Assembly: GCA_038087875.1 (NCBI GenBank)
Contig: JAXLNO010000329.1
Span: forward strand, 1-64,000
Length of the DNA: 64,000 nt
Reading direction: 5' to 3'
Source: Malacoraja senta
Taxonomy: Eukaryota
The position numbers and the translations under genes were made by a program. The notes beneath the pieces were generated by a model, which saw nothing but the letters and a program-made list of their open reading frames with translations, was not told where the DNA came from and searched no databases. Shown here one piece after another: positions 1-14,860 of the stretch; positions within the stretch are counted from its first letter, which is position 1; the number at the start of each line of letters is the position of its first letter.

Positions 1-3000
1 ACCCCTTTGACCCTGACCCTTTGACCCTTTGAATCTGAATATTGATTGACACTTTGACTCTGACCCTTTGACCCTGACACTTTGACTTTGACTCTAACCC
101 TTGGACTCTGACCCTTTGACTCTGATCCTCTGACCCTTTGACTCTGACTCTTTGACTCTGACCATTTAACTCTGACGGTTTGACTGACCCTTTGACCATT
201 TGACTCTGAGCCTTTGACTCGGACCCTTTGACCTTTTGACACTGACCATTTGACCCTTTGACTCTGACGGTTTGACTGAGCCTTTTACTCTGACCCTTTC
301 ACTTTGATCCTTTGAATCTGACCCTTTGTCTCTGACCCTTTGACTATGACCCTTTGACTGACCCTTTCACTGACCCTTTGACACCGACCCTTTGATCGAC
401 CCTTTGACACTGACCCTTTGACCATTTCACTGATCTTTTGACCCGTTGACTCTGACCCTTTAACTCTGATCCTTTGACTGAAACTTTGACTGACCCTTTG
501 ACTTTGAACCTTTGACTCAGACCCGTTGACTCTGACCCTATGACGCTTTGACCCTGAAATTTTGGCTCAGACCCTTTGGCTCTGACACTTTGACTCTGAC
601 CCTTTGGCCCTGACCCTTTGACTGACCCGTTGAATCTGAACCTTTTACCCTTTGACTTGCGCTTTGACCTTGATCCGTTGACTATGACCATTTGACTCTG
701 ACCCTTAGACCATTTGACTCTGACCCTTAGACCCTTTGACTCTGACCCTACCCGTTGACCCATTGACTCTGACCCTTTGACCATGACCCTTTGACTCTGA
801 CCCTTTGATTCCGATCCTTTGACTCTGACCCTTTGACTCTGACCCTTTATAACTGACAATTTGACCCTTTGACTCTGACCCTTTAACTCTGACCCTTTGA
901 CCCTGACCTTTTGACCCTTTGACTCTGAGCCTTTTACCCTTTGACTGACTGTGTCTGACACGTTGACCCATTGACTCTGACCCTTTGTCTCGGACCCTTT
1001 GAATATTTGACTCTGACCTTTTGACCCTTTGACTTTGACCCTTTAACTCTGACCTTTTGACCCTGGCCCTTTGACCCTGATCGTTTGACCCTGACCCTTT
1101 GACCCTGACCCTTTGGCCCTGACCTTTTGACCCTGACCCTTTGACTCTGACCCTTGGACCTTTTGAATCTGAATATTGATTGACACTTTGACTCTGAACC
1201 TTTGACCGTGACACTTTGACTTTGACTCTGACCCTTTGTCTCTGACCCTTTGAATATTTGACTCTGACCTTTTGACCATTTGACTTTGACCCTTTAACTC
1301 TGACCCTTTGACTCTGACCCTTTGACTCCGACCCTTTGTATCTGACACTTTGACCCATTGACTGACCCTTTGTCTCTGACCCTTTCAACATTTGACTGAC
1401 ATTTTGACCCTTTTACTCTGACCCTTTAACTCTGATCCTTTGACTCTGACCCGTTGACTCTGACCCTTTGACTGTCCCTTTGACCCTGGCCCTTTGACCC
1501 TGACAGTTTGACCCTGACCCTTTGACTGACCCTTTGACTCTGACCCCTTTGACTCTGATCCTTTGACCCTGACCCTTTGACCCTTTGAATCGTACCCTTT
1601 GACCCTGACCCTTTGGCCCTGACCCTTTGACCCTGACCCTTTGACTCTGACCCTTTGACCCTTTGAATCTGAATATTGATTGACACGTTGACTCTGACCC
1701 TTCGACCCTGACACTTTGACTTTGACTCTGAGCCTTGGACTCTGAACCTGTGACTCTGACCCTTTGACCCTTTGACTCTGACTCTTTGACTGACCATTTA
1801 TCTCTGACCGTTTGACTGACCCTTTGACTATGACCCGTTGACACTTACCCTTTGACTGTCCTTTTGACCCTGGCCCTTTGACCCTGACTTATTGACCCTG
1901 ACCATTTGACTCTGACCCTTTGACTCTGACCCTTTGAATCTGACCCTTTGACTCTGACCCTTTGACTCTTGGACCCTTTGACTTTGACCATTTGACTCTG
2001 AGCCTTTGACTCGGACCCTTTGACCTCTTGACTGACCATTTAACCCATTGACTCTGACGGTTTGACTGACCTTTTACTCCGACCCTTTCACTTTGATGCT
2101 TTGAATCTGACCCTTTGTCTCTGACCCTTTGACTATGACCCTTTGACTGACCCTTTGACTGACCCTTTTACACCGACCCTTTGATCGACCTTTTGACACT
2201 GACCCTTTCATTGACCATTTCACTGACCATTTGACCCTGTCACTCTGACCCTTTAACTCTGAACCTTTGACTGAATCTTTGACTCTGACCCTTTGACTTT
2301 GAATCTTTGACTCAGACCCGTTGACTCTGACCCTATGACGCTTTGACCCTGAAACATTGGCTTTGACACTTTGGCTCTGACCCTTCGACTCTGGCCCTTT
2401 GAACCTGACCCTTTGACTCTGACCCGTTGACTCTGACCCTTTGACCCTTTTACTGGCCCTTTGACCTTGATCCTTTGACTATGACCCTTTGACTCTGACC
2501 TTTAGACCATTTGACTCTGACCCTTAGACCCTTTGACTCTGACCCTTTAACTCTGATCCTACCCGTTGACCCATTGACTCTGACCATTTGACCATGACCC
2601 TTTGACTCTGACCCTTTGACTCCGACCCTTTGACTCTGACCCTTTGACTCTGACCCGTTATAACTGACAATTTGACCCTTTGACTCTGACACTTTAACTC
2701 TGACCCTTTGACCCTGACCCTTTGACCCTTTCTCTGAGCCTTTGACTCTGACCCTTTGACTGACCCTTTGTATCTGACACGTTGACCCATTGACTCTGAC
2801 CCTTTGTCTCTGACCCTTTGAATATTTGACTCTGACCTATTGACCCTTTCACTTTGACCCTTTAACTCTGACCCTTTGACCCTGGCCCTTTGACTCTGAC
2901 CCCTTTGACCCTGACCCTTTGACCCCTTGAATCTGAATATTGATTGACACTTTGACTCTGACCCTTTGACCCTGACACTTTGACTTTGACTCTAACCCTT

Positions 3001-6000
3001 GGACTCTGACCCTTTGACTCTGATCCTCTGACCCTTTGACTCTGACTCTTTGACTCTGACCATTTAACTCTGACGGTTTGACTGACCCTTTGACTCTTGG
3101 ACCCTTTGACCAATTGACTCTGAGCCTTTGACTCGGACCCTTTGACCTTTTGACACTGACCATTTGACCCTTTGACTCTGACGGTTTGACTGAGCCTTTT
3201 ACTCTGACCCTTTCACTTTGATCCTTTGAATCTGACCCTTTGTCTCTGACCCTTTGACTATGACCCTTTGACTGACCCTTTCACTGACCCTTTGACACCG
3301 ACCCTTTGATCGACCCTTTGACACTGACCCTTTGACCATTTCACTGATCTTTTGACCCTTTGACTCTGACCCTTTAACTCTGATCCTTTGACTGAAACTT
3401 TGACTGACCCTTTGACTTTGAACCTTTGACTCAGACCCGTTGACTCTGACCCTATGACGCTTTGACCCTGAAATTTTGGCTCAGACCCTTTGGCTCTGAC
3501 ACTTTGACTCTGACCCTTTGGCCCTGACCCTTTGACTGACCCGTTGAATCTGAACCTTTTACCCTTTGACTTGCGCTTTGACCTTGATCCGTTGACTATG
3601 ACCATTTGACTCTGACCCTTAGACCATTTGACTCTGACCCGTAGACCCTTTGACTCTGACCCTACCCGTTGACCCATTGACTCTGACCCTTTGACCATGA
3701 CCCTTTGACTCTGACCCTTTGATTCCGATCCTTTGACTCTGACCCTATGACTCTGACCCTTTATAACTGACAATTTGACCCTTTGACTCTGACCCTTTAA
3801 CTCTGACCCTTTGACCCTGACCTTTTGACCCTTTGACTCTGAGCCTTTTACCCTTTGACTGACTGTGTCTGACACGTTGACCCATTGACTCTGACCCTTT
3901 GTATCTGACCCTTTGTATATTTGACTCTGACCTTTTGACCCTTTGACTGACCCTTTAACTCTGACCTTTTGCCCCTGGCCCTTTGACCCTGATCGTTTGA
4001 CCCTGACCCTTTGACTGACCCTTTGACTGACCCTTTGACTCTGACCCCTTTGACTATGACGCTTTGATTCTGACCCATTGACTCTGACCCTTTGACCCTT
4101 TGAATCGTACCCTTTGACCCTGACCCTTTGGCCCTGACCCATTGACCCTGACCCTTTGACCGACCCTTTCACTCTGACCCTTTGACTCTGACCCTTTGAC
4201 TGACCCTATGACCCTGACCCTTTCACCCTTTGAATCGGACACTTTGACCCTGATCCTTTGACTGACCCTTTGAATCTGACACTTTGACTCAGACCCTTTG
4301 ACTCTGACCCTTTGACTCTGACCATTTGACTTTGACCCTTTGACACTTTGACCCTTTGATTCCGACCCTTTGACCTTTTGACTGTCCCTTCGTCTCTGAC
4401 CCTGTAACTCTGAGCCTTTGGCCCTTTGACTCTGACCCTTTGACTGACCCTTTGTATCTGACGCTTTGACCCATTGACCCTGACCCTTTGTCTCTGACCC
4501 GTTGACTCTGACCCTTTGAACATTTGAATCTGACCCTTTGACTCCGACCTTTTGACTCTGACTCTTTCACTTTGACATTTTGAATCTGACCGTTTGACCA
4601 ATTGACTTACCCTTTGACTCGGACCCTTTGACTTTGATCCTTTGACTCAGACCCTTTGACTGACTCTTTGTCTCTGACCCTAGGACCATTTGACCCTGAA
4701 CCTTTGACTCTGACTCATTGGCACTGACCCTTCGACTCTGACCCGTTGACTCTGACCCTTTGACCCTTTGACTGATCCTTTGACTCTGACCCTACCCGTT
4801 GACCCATTGTCGCTGACACTTTGACCCTGACCCTTTGACTAACCTTTTACACTATTTGACTCTGCCCCTTTGACACTTTGACTCTGACCCTTTAACTCTG
4901 ACCCTACCCGTTGACCCATTGTCTCTGACACTTTGACCCTGACCCTTTGATTCTGACCCTTTGACTCCGACCCTTTGACTGACCCTTTGTATCTGACAAT
5001 TTGACCCTTTGACACACTTTGACTCTGACCCTTTGAACTCTTGACTGACCCTTCCTCTCTGACCCTGTGACTCTGAGCCTTTGGCCCTTTGACTCTGACC
5101 CTTTGACTGACCCTTTGTATCTGACGCTTTGACCCATTGACTCTGACCCTTTGTCTCTGACCCTTTGAACATTTGACTCTGACCTTTTGACCCTTTGACT
5201 GACGCTTTAACCCTGACCCTTTGACTGACCCTTTGACCCTGATTCTTTGACCCTGATCCTTTGACTGACCCTTTCACCCTTTGAATCTGACCCTTTGACT
5301 GAAACTCTGACTGACCCTTTGACCCTGACCCTTTGACCCTGACCCTTTGACCATTTGACCCTGACCCTTTGTCTCTGACCCGTTGACTGATCCTTTGAAC
5401 ATTTGACTTACCCTTTGACCCATTGGCTCTCACCCTTTAACTCTGACCCTATGAATATGACCCGTTGACTCTGACCATTTTACTCTGTCCCTTTGACCCA
5501 GGCTCTTTGACCTTGACCCATTGACCCTGACCATTTGACACCCTTTAACTGACCCTTTGACTGACCCTTTGAATCTTTGACCCTTTGATTCTTTGACCCT
5601 TTGACTCTGACCCTTTTGACGGCCTTTAACCCTTCGACTGACCCCTTGATTGTCCCGTTGACCCTATGACTGAATCTTTGACTCTGACCCTTTGACTTTG
5701 AATCTTTGACTCAGACCCGTTGACTCTGACCCTATGACGCTTTGACCCTGAAACATTGGCTTTGACACTTTGGCTCTGACCCTTCGACTCTGGCCCTTTG
5801 AACCTGACCCTTTGACTCTGACCCGTTGACTCTGACCCTTTGACCCTTTCACTGGCCCTTTGACCTTGATCCTTTGACTATGACCCTTTGACTCTGACCT
5901 TTAGACCATTTGACTCTGACCCTTAGACCCTTTGACTCTGACCCTTTAACTCTGATCCTACCCGTTGACCCATTGACTCTGACCATTTGACCATGACCCT

Positions 6001-9000
6001 TTGACTCTGACCCTTTGACTCCGACCCTTTGACTCTGACCCTTTGACTCTGACCCGTTATAACTGACAATTTGACCCTTTGACTCTGACGCTTTAACTCT
6101 GACCCTTTGACCCTGACCCTTTGACCCTTTCTCTGAGCCTTTGACTCTGACCCTTTGACTGACCCTTTGTATCTGACACGTTGACCCATTGACTCTGACC
6201 CTTTGTCTCTGACCCTTTGAATATTTGACTCTGACCTATTGACCCTTTCACTTTGACCCTTTAACTCTGACCCTTTGACCCTGGCCCTTTGACTCTGACC
6301 CCTTTGACCCTGACCCTTTGACCCCTTGAATCTGAATATTGATTGACACTTTGACTCTGACCCTTTGACCCTGACACTTTGACTTTGACTCTAACCCTTG
6401 GACTCTGACCCTTTGACTCTGATCCTCTGACCCTTTGACTCTGACTCTTTGACTCTGACCATTTAACTCTGACGGTTTGACTGACCCTTTGACCATTTGA
6501 CTCTGAGCCTTTGACTCGGACCCTTTGACCTTTTGACACTGACCATTTGACCCTTTGACTCTGACGGTTTGACTGAGCCTTTTACTCTGACCCTTTCACT
6601 TTGATCCTTTGAATCTGACCCTTTGTCTCTGACCCTTTGACTATGACCCTTTGACTGACCCTTTCACTGACCCTTTGACACCGACCCTTTGATCGACCCT
6701 TTGACACTGACCCTTTGACCATTTCACTGATCTTTTGACCCGTTGACTCTGACCCTTTAACTCTGATCCTTTGACTGAAACTTTGACTGACCCTTTGACT
6801 TTGAACCTTTGACTCAGACCCGTTGACTCTGACCCTATGACGCTTTGACCCTGAAATTTTGGCTCAGACCCTTTGGCTCTGACACTTTGACTCTGACCCT
6901 TTGGCCCTGACCCTTTGACTGACCCGTTGAATCTGAACCTTTTACCCTTTGACTTGCGCTTTGACCTTGATCCGTTGACTATGACCATTTGACTCTGACC
7001 CTTAGACCATTTGACTCTGACCCTTAGACCCTTTGACTCTGACCCTACCCGTTGACCCATTGACTCTGACCCTTTGACCATGACCCTTTGACTCTGACCC
7101 TTTGATTCCGATCCTTTGACTCTGACCCTTTGACTCTGACCCTTTATAACTGACAATTTGACCCTTTGACTCTGACCCTTTAACTCTGACCCTTTGACCC
7201 TGACCTTTTGACCCTTTGACTCTGAGCCTTTTACCCTTTGACTGACTGTGTCTGACACGTTGACCCATTGACTCTGACCCTTTGTCTCGGACCCTTTGAA
7301 TATTTGACTCTGACCTTTTGACCCTTTGACTTTGACCCTTTAACTCTGACCTTTTGACCCTGGCCCTTTGACCCTGATCGTTTGACCCTGACCCTTTGAC
7401 CCTGACCCTTTGGCCCTGACCTTTTGACCCTGACCCTTTGACTCTGACCCTTGGACCTTTTGAATCTGAATATTGATTGACACTTTGACTCTGAACCTTT
7501 GACCGTGACACTTTGACTTTGACTCTGACCCTTTGTCTCTGACCCTTTGAATATTTGACTCTGACCTTTTGACCATTTGACTTTGACCCTTTAACTCTGA
7601 CCCTTTGACTCTGACCCTTTGACTCCGACCCTTTGTATCTGACACTTTGACCCATTGACTGACCCTTTGTCTCTGACCCTTTCAACATTTGACTGACATT
7701 TTGACCCTTTTACTCTGACCCTTTAACTCTGATCCTTTGACTCTGACCCGTTGACTCTGACCCTTTGACTGTCCCTTTGACCCTGGCCCTTTGACCCTGA
7801 CAGTTTGACCCTGACCCTTTGACTGACCCTTTGACTCTGACCCCTTTGACTCTGATCCTTTGACCCTGACCCTTTGACCCTTTGAATCGTACCCTTTGAC
7901 CCTGACCCTTTGGCCCTGACCCTTTGACCCTGACCCTTTGACTCTGACCCTTTGACCCTTTGAATCTGAATATTGATTGACACGTTGACTCTGACCCTTC
8001 GACCCTGACACTTTGACTTTGACTCTGAGCCTTGGACTCTGAACCTGTGACTCTGACCCTTTGACCCTTTGACTCTGACTCTTTGACTGACCATTTATCT
8101 CTGACCGTTTGACTGACCCTTTGACTATGACCCGTTGACACTTACCCTTTGACTGTCCTTTTGACCCTGGCCCTTTGACCCTGACTTATTGACCCTGACC
8201 ATTTGACTCTGACCCTTTGACTCGGACCCTTTGACCTTTTGACACTGACCATTTGACCCTTTGACTCTGACGGTTTGACTGAGCCTTTTACTCTGACCCT
8301 TTCACTTTGATCCTTTGAATCTGACCCTTTGTCTCTGACCCTTTGACTATGACCCTTTCACTGACCCTTTCACTGACCCTTTGACACCGACCCTTTGATC
8401 GACCCTTTGACACTGACCCTTTGACCATTTCACTGATCTTTTGACCCGTTGACTCTGACCCTTTAACTCTGATCCTTTGACTGAAACTTTGACTGACCCT
8501 TTGACTTTGAACCTTTGACTCAGACCCGTTGACTCTGACCCTATGACGCTTTGACCCTGAAATTTTGGCTCAGACCCTTTGGCTCTGACACTTTGACTCT
8601 GACCCTTTGGCCCTGACCCTTTGACTGACCCGTTGAATCTGAACCTTTTACCCTTTGACTTGCGCTTTGACCTTGATCCGTTGACTATGACCATTTGACT
8701 CTGACCCTTAGACCATTTGACTCTGACCCTTAGACCCTTTGACTCTGACCCTACCCGTTGACCCATTGACTCTGACCCTTTGACCATGACCCTTTGACTC
8801 TGACCCTTTGATTCCGATCCTTTGACTCTGACCCTTTGACTCTGACCCTTTATAACTGACAATTTGACCCTTTGACTCTGACCCTTTAACTCTGACCCTT
8901 TGACCCTGACCTTTTGACCCTTTGACTCTGAGCCTTTTACCCTTTGACTGATTGTGTCTGACACGTTGACCCATTGACTCTGACCCTTTGTCTCGGACCC

Positions 9001-12000
9001 TTTGAATATTTGACTCTGACCTTTTGACCCTTTGACTTTGACCCTTTAACTCTGACCTTTTGACCCTGGCCCTTTGACCCTGATCGTTTGACCCTGACCC
9101 TTTGACCCTGACCCTTTGGCCCTGACCTTTTGACCCTGACCCTTTGACTCTGACCCTTGGACCTTTTGAATCTGAATATTGATTGACACTTTGACTCTGA
9201 ACCTTTGACCGTGACACTTTGACTTTGACTCTGACCCTTTGTCTCTGACCCTTTGAATATTTGACTCTGACCTTTTGACCATTTGACTTTGACCCTTTAA
9301 CTCTGACCCTTTGACTCTGACCCTTTGACTCCGACCCTTTGTATCTGACACTTTGACCCATTGACTGACCCTTTGTCTCTGACCCTTTCAACATTTGACT
9401 GACAATTTGACCCTTTTACTCTGACCCTTTAACTCTGATCCTTTGACTCTGACCCGTTGACTCTGACCCTTTGACTGTCCCTTTGACCCTGGCCCTTTGA
9501 CCCTGACAGTTTGACCCTGACCCTTTGACTGACCCTTTGACTCTGACCCCTTTGACTCTGATCCTTTGACCCTGACCCTTTGACCCTTTGAATCGTACCC
9601 TTTGACCCTGACCCTTTGGCCCTGACCCTTTGACCCTGACCCTTTGACTCTGACCCTTTGACCCTTTGAATCTGAATATTGATTGACACGTTGACTCTGA
9701 CCCTTCGACCCTGACACTTTGACTTTGACTCTGAGCCTTGGACTCTGAACCTGTGACTCTGACCCTTTGACCCTTTGACTCTGACTCTTTGACTGACCAT
9801 TTATCTCTGACCGTTTGACCGACCCTTTGACTATGACCCGTTGACACTTACCCTTTGACTGTCCTTTTGACCCTGGCCCTTTGACCCTGACTTATTGACC
9901 CTGACCATTTGACTCTGACCCTTTGACTCTGACCCTTTGAATCTGACCCTTTGACTCTGACCCTTTGACTCTTGGACCCTTTGACTTTGACCATTTGACT
10001 CTGAGCCTTTGACTCGGACCCTTTGACCTTTTGACTGACCATTTAACCCATTGACTCTGACGGTTTGACTGACCTTTTACTCCGACCCTTTCACTTTGAC
10101 GCTTTGAATCTGACCCTTTGTCTCTGACCCTTTGACTATGACCCTTTGACTGACCCTTTGACTGACCTTTTTACACCGACCCTTTGATCGACCTTTTGAC
10201 ACTGACCCTTTCATTGACCATTTCACTGACCATTTGACCCTGTCACTCTGACCCTTTAACTCTGAACCTTTGACTGAATCTTTGACTCTGACCCTTTGAC
10301 TTTGAATCTTTGACTCAGACCCGTTGACTCTGACCCTATGACGCTTTGACCCTGAAACATTGGCTTTGACACTTTGGCTCTGACCCTTCGACTCTGGCCC
10401 TTTGAACCTGACCCATTGACTCTGACCCGTTGACTCTGACCCTTTGACCCTTTTACTGGCCCTTTGACCTTGATCCTTTGACTATGACCCTTTGACTCTG
10501 ACCTTTAGACCATTTGACTCTGACCCTTAGACCCTTTGACTCTGACCCTTTAACTCTGATCCTACCCGTTGACCCATTGACTCTGACCATTTGACCATGA
10601 CCCTTTGACTCTGACCCTTTGACTCCGACCCTTTGACTCTGACCCTTTGACTCTGACCCGTTATAACTGACAATTTGACCCTTTGACTCTGACACTTTAA
10701 CTCTGACCCTTTGACCCTGACCCTTTGACCCTTTCTCTGAGCCTTTGACTCTGACCCTTTGACTGACCCTTTGTATCTGACACGTTGACCCATTGACTCT
10801 GACCCTTTGTCTCTGACCCTTTGAATATTTGACTCTGACCTATTGACCCTTTCACTTTGACCCTTTAACTCTGACCCTTTGACCCTGGCCCTTTGACTCT
10901 GACCCCTTTGACCCTGACCCTTTGACCCTTTGAATCTGAATATTGATTGACACTTTGACTCTGACCCTTTGACCCTGACACTTTGACTTTGACTCTAACC
11001 CTTGGACTCTGACCCTTTGACTCTGATCCTCTGACCCTTTGACTCTGACTCTTTGACTCTGACCATTTAACTCTGACGGTTTGACTGACCCTTTGACTCT
11101 TGGACCCTTTGACCAATTGACTCTGAGCCTTTGACTCGGACCCTTTGACCTTTTGACACTGACCATTTGACCCTTTGACTCTGACGGTTTGACTGAGCCT
11201 TTTACTCTGACCCTTTCACTTTGATCCTTTGAATCTGACCCTTTGTCTCTGACCCTTTGACTATGACCCTTTGACTGACCCTTTGACTGACCCTTTGACA
11301 CCGACCCTTTGATCGACCCTTTGACCCTTTGACCATTTCACTGATCTTTTGACCCTTTGACTCTGACCCTTTAACTCTGATCCTTTGACTGAAACTTTGA
11401 CTGACCCTTTGACTTTGAACCTTTGACTCAGACCCGTTGACTCTGACCCTATGACGCTTTAACCCTGAAATTTTGGCTCAGACCCTTTGGCTCTGACACT
11501 TTGACTCTGACCCTTTGGCCCTGACCCTTTGACTGACCCGTTGAATCTGAACCTTTTACCCTTTGACTTGCGCTTTGACCTTGATCCGTTGACTATGACC
11601 ATTTGACTCTGACCCTTAGACCATTTGACTCTGACCCGTAGACCCTTTGACTCTGACCCTACCCGTTGACCCATTGACTCTGACCCTTTGACCATGACCC
11701 TTTGACTCTGAACCTTTGATTCCGATCCTTTGACTCTGACCCTTTGACTCTGACCCTTTATAACTGACAATTTGACCCTTTGACTCTGACCCTTTAACTC
11801 TGACCCTTTGACCCTGACCTTTTGACCCTTTGACTCTGAGCATTTTACCCTTTGACTGACTGTGTCTGACACGTTGACCCATTGACTCTGACCCTTTGTC
11901 TCTGACCCTTTGTATATTTGACTGACCTTTGACCCTTTGACTGACCCTTTAACTCTGTCCTTTTGACCCTGGCCCTTTGACCCTGATCGTTTGACCCTGA

Positions 12001-14860
12001 CCCTTTGACTGACCCTTTGACTCTGACCCCTTTGACTCTGACGCTTTGATTCTGACCCATTGACTCTGACCCTTTGACCCTTTGAATCGTACCCTTTGAC
12101 CCTGACCCTTTGGCCCTGACCTTTTGACCCTGACCCTTTGACTCTGACCCTTGGACCTTTTGAATCTGAATATTGATTGACACTTTGACTCTGAACCTTT
12201 GACCGTGACACTTTGACTTTGACTCTGACCCTTTGTCTCTGACCCTTTGAATATTTGACTCTGACCTTTTGACCCTTTGACTTTGACCCTTTAACTCTGA
12301 CCCTTTGACTCTGACCCTTTGACTGACCTTTTGACCCTGCCTCTTTGACCCTGACCATTTGACTGACCCTTTGCCCCTTTGAATCTGACCCTTTGACTGA
12401 CACTTTGACTGACCCTTTGACCCTGACCCTTTGAACCTGAGCCTTTGACTGACCCTTTGACTGACCCTTTGTATCTGACAATTTGCCCCTTTGACTCTGA
12501 CCCTTTGACTGACCCTTTGACTCTGACTCTTTGACTCTGACCCTTTGACAGACACTTTGACTCTGACCCTTTGACCCTATGACTGACCTTTTGACTCTGA
12601 CCCTCTGTATCTGACAATTTGACCCTTTGACTGACCCTTTGTCTCTCACCCGTTGACCCTGACGCTTTGAACATTTGACTGACCCTTTGACTGACCCTTT
12701 GACGCTGACCCTTTAACTCTGACCCTTTGACTATGACCCGTAGTCTCTGACCTTTGGACTCTGTCCCTTTGGCCTGGCCCTTTGACTCTAACCCATTGAC
12801 ACTGGCACTTTGACTCTGACCAATTGACTGACCCTTTGACTCGGACCCTTTGTCTTTGACCCTTTGACTTTGACCCTTTGACTGACCCTTTGTATTTGAC
12901 CCTTTAACCGTGACCATTTGACTTTGACTCTTTGAATCTGAACCTTTGACTATTTGACTGACTTTTTGACCCTTTGACTCTGACTCGTTGACTGACCCTA
13001 TGACCCTTTGAACCTGAACCTTTGACTGACCCTTTGACTGACCCTTGGCCTCTGATCCTTTAACCCTGACCCTTTGACTGACACGTGGCATCTGACCCTT
13101 TGACCCTTTGACTGACCATTTGACCTTGACCCTTTGACTCTGTCCCTTTGACTCTGACCCTTTGAACATTTGACTCTGACCCTTTGACCCTTTGTCTCTG
13201 ACCCGTTGACTGACCCTTTGAACATTTGAATCTGACCCTTTGACTCCGACCCTTTAACTCTGACCCTTTGACTATGACCCGTTGACTGACCCTTTGACTC
13301 TGTCCCTTTGACCCTGGCCGTTTGACCCTGACCCATTGACCCTGACCCTTTGACCGACCCTTTCACTCTGACCCTTTGACTCTGACCCTTTGACTGACCC
13401 TATGACCCTGACCCTTTCACCCTTTGAATCGGACACTTTGACCCTGATCCTTTGACTGACCCTTTGAATCTGACACTTTGACTCAGACCCTTTGACTCTG
13501 ACCCTTTGACTCTGACCATTTGACTTTGACCCTTTGACACTTTGACCCTTTGATTCCGACCCTTTGACCTTTTGACTGTCCCTTCGTCTCTGACCCTGTA
13601 ACTCTGAGCCTTTGGCCCTTTGACTCTGACCCTTTGACTGACCCTTTGTATCTGACGCTTTGACCCATTGACCCTGACCCTTTGTCTCTGACCCGTTGAC
13701 TCTGACCCTTTGAACATTTGAATCTGACCCTTTGACTCCGACCTTTTGACTCTGACTCTTTCACTTTGACATTTTGAATCTGACCGTTTGACTCTGACCA
13801 ATTGACTTACCCTTTGACTCGGACCCTTTGACTTTGATCCTTTGACTCAGACCCTTTGACTGACTCTTTGTCTCTGACCCTATGACCCTTTGACCCTGAA
13901 CCTTTGACTCTGACTCATTGGCACTGACCCTTCGACTCTGACCCGTTGACTCTGACCCTTTGACCCTTTGACTGATCCTTTGACTCTGACCCTACCCGTT
14001 GACCCATTGTCGCTGACACTTTGACCCTGACCCTTTGACTAACCTTTTGACTATTTGACTCTGCCCCTTTGACACTTTGACTCTGACCCTTTAACTCTGA
14101 CCCTACCCGTTGACCCATTGTCTCTGACACTTTGACCCTGACCCTTTGATTCTGACCCTTTGACTCCGACCCTTTGACTGACCCTTTGTATCTGACAATT
14201 TGACCCTTTGACACACTTTGACTCTGACCCTTTGAACTCTTGACTGACCCTTCCTCTCTGACCCTGTGACTCTGAGCCTTTGGCCTTTTGACTCTGACCC
14301 TTTGACTGACCCTTTGTATCTGACGCTTTGACCCATTGACTCTGACCCTTTGTCTCTGACCCTTTGAACATTTGACTCTGACCTTTTGACCCTTTGACTG
14401 ACGCTTTAACTCTGACCCTTTGACTGACCCTTTGACCCTGATTCTTTGACCCTGATCCTTTGACTGACCCTTTCACCCTTTGAATCTGACCCTTTGACTG
14501 AAACTCTGACTGACCCTTTGACCCTGACCCTTTGACCCTGACCCTTTGACCATTTGACCCTGACCCTTTGTCTCTGACCCGTTGACTGATCCTTTGAACA
14601 TTTGACTTACCCTTTGGCTCTCACCCTTTAACTCTGACCCTATGAATATGACCCGTTGACTCTGACCATTTGACTCTGTCCCTTTGACCCTGGCTCTTTG
14701 ACCTTGACCCATTGACCCTGACCATTTGACACCCTTTAACTGACCCTTTGACTGACCCTTTGAATCTTTGACCCGTTGATTCTTTGACCCTTTGACTCTG
14801 ACCCTTTTGACGGCCTTTGACCCTTCGACTGACCCCTTGATTGTCCCGTTGACCCTATGA
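1..14860. repeat. Higher-order repeat domain 1: near-identical kb-scale duplications of satellite blocks
   Basis: Rare landmark CTTGCGC at 656, 3570, 6953, 8659 and 11567 (spacings 2914, 3383, 1706, 2908). ORF translations 344..961 and 6641..7258 are identical, and 8347..8964 differs by one residue. 4289..4570 matches 13483..13764 (offset 9194). Confidence 0.9.
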
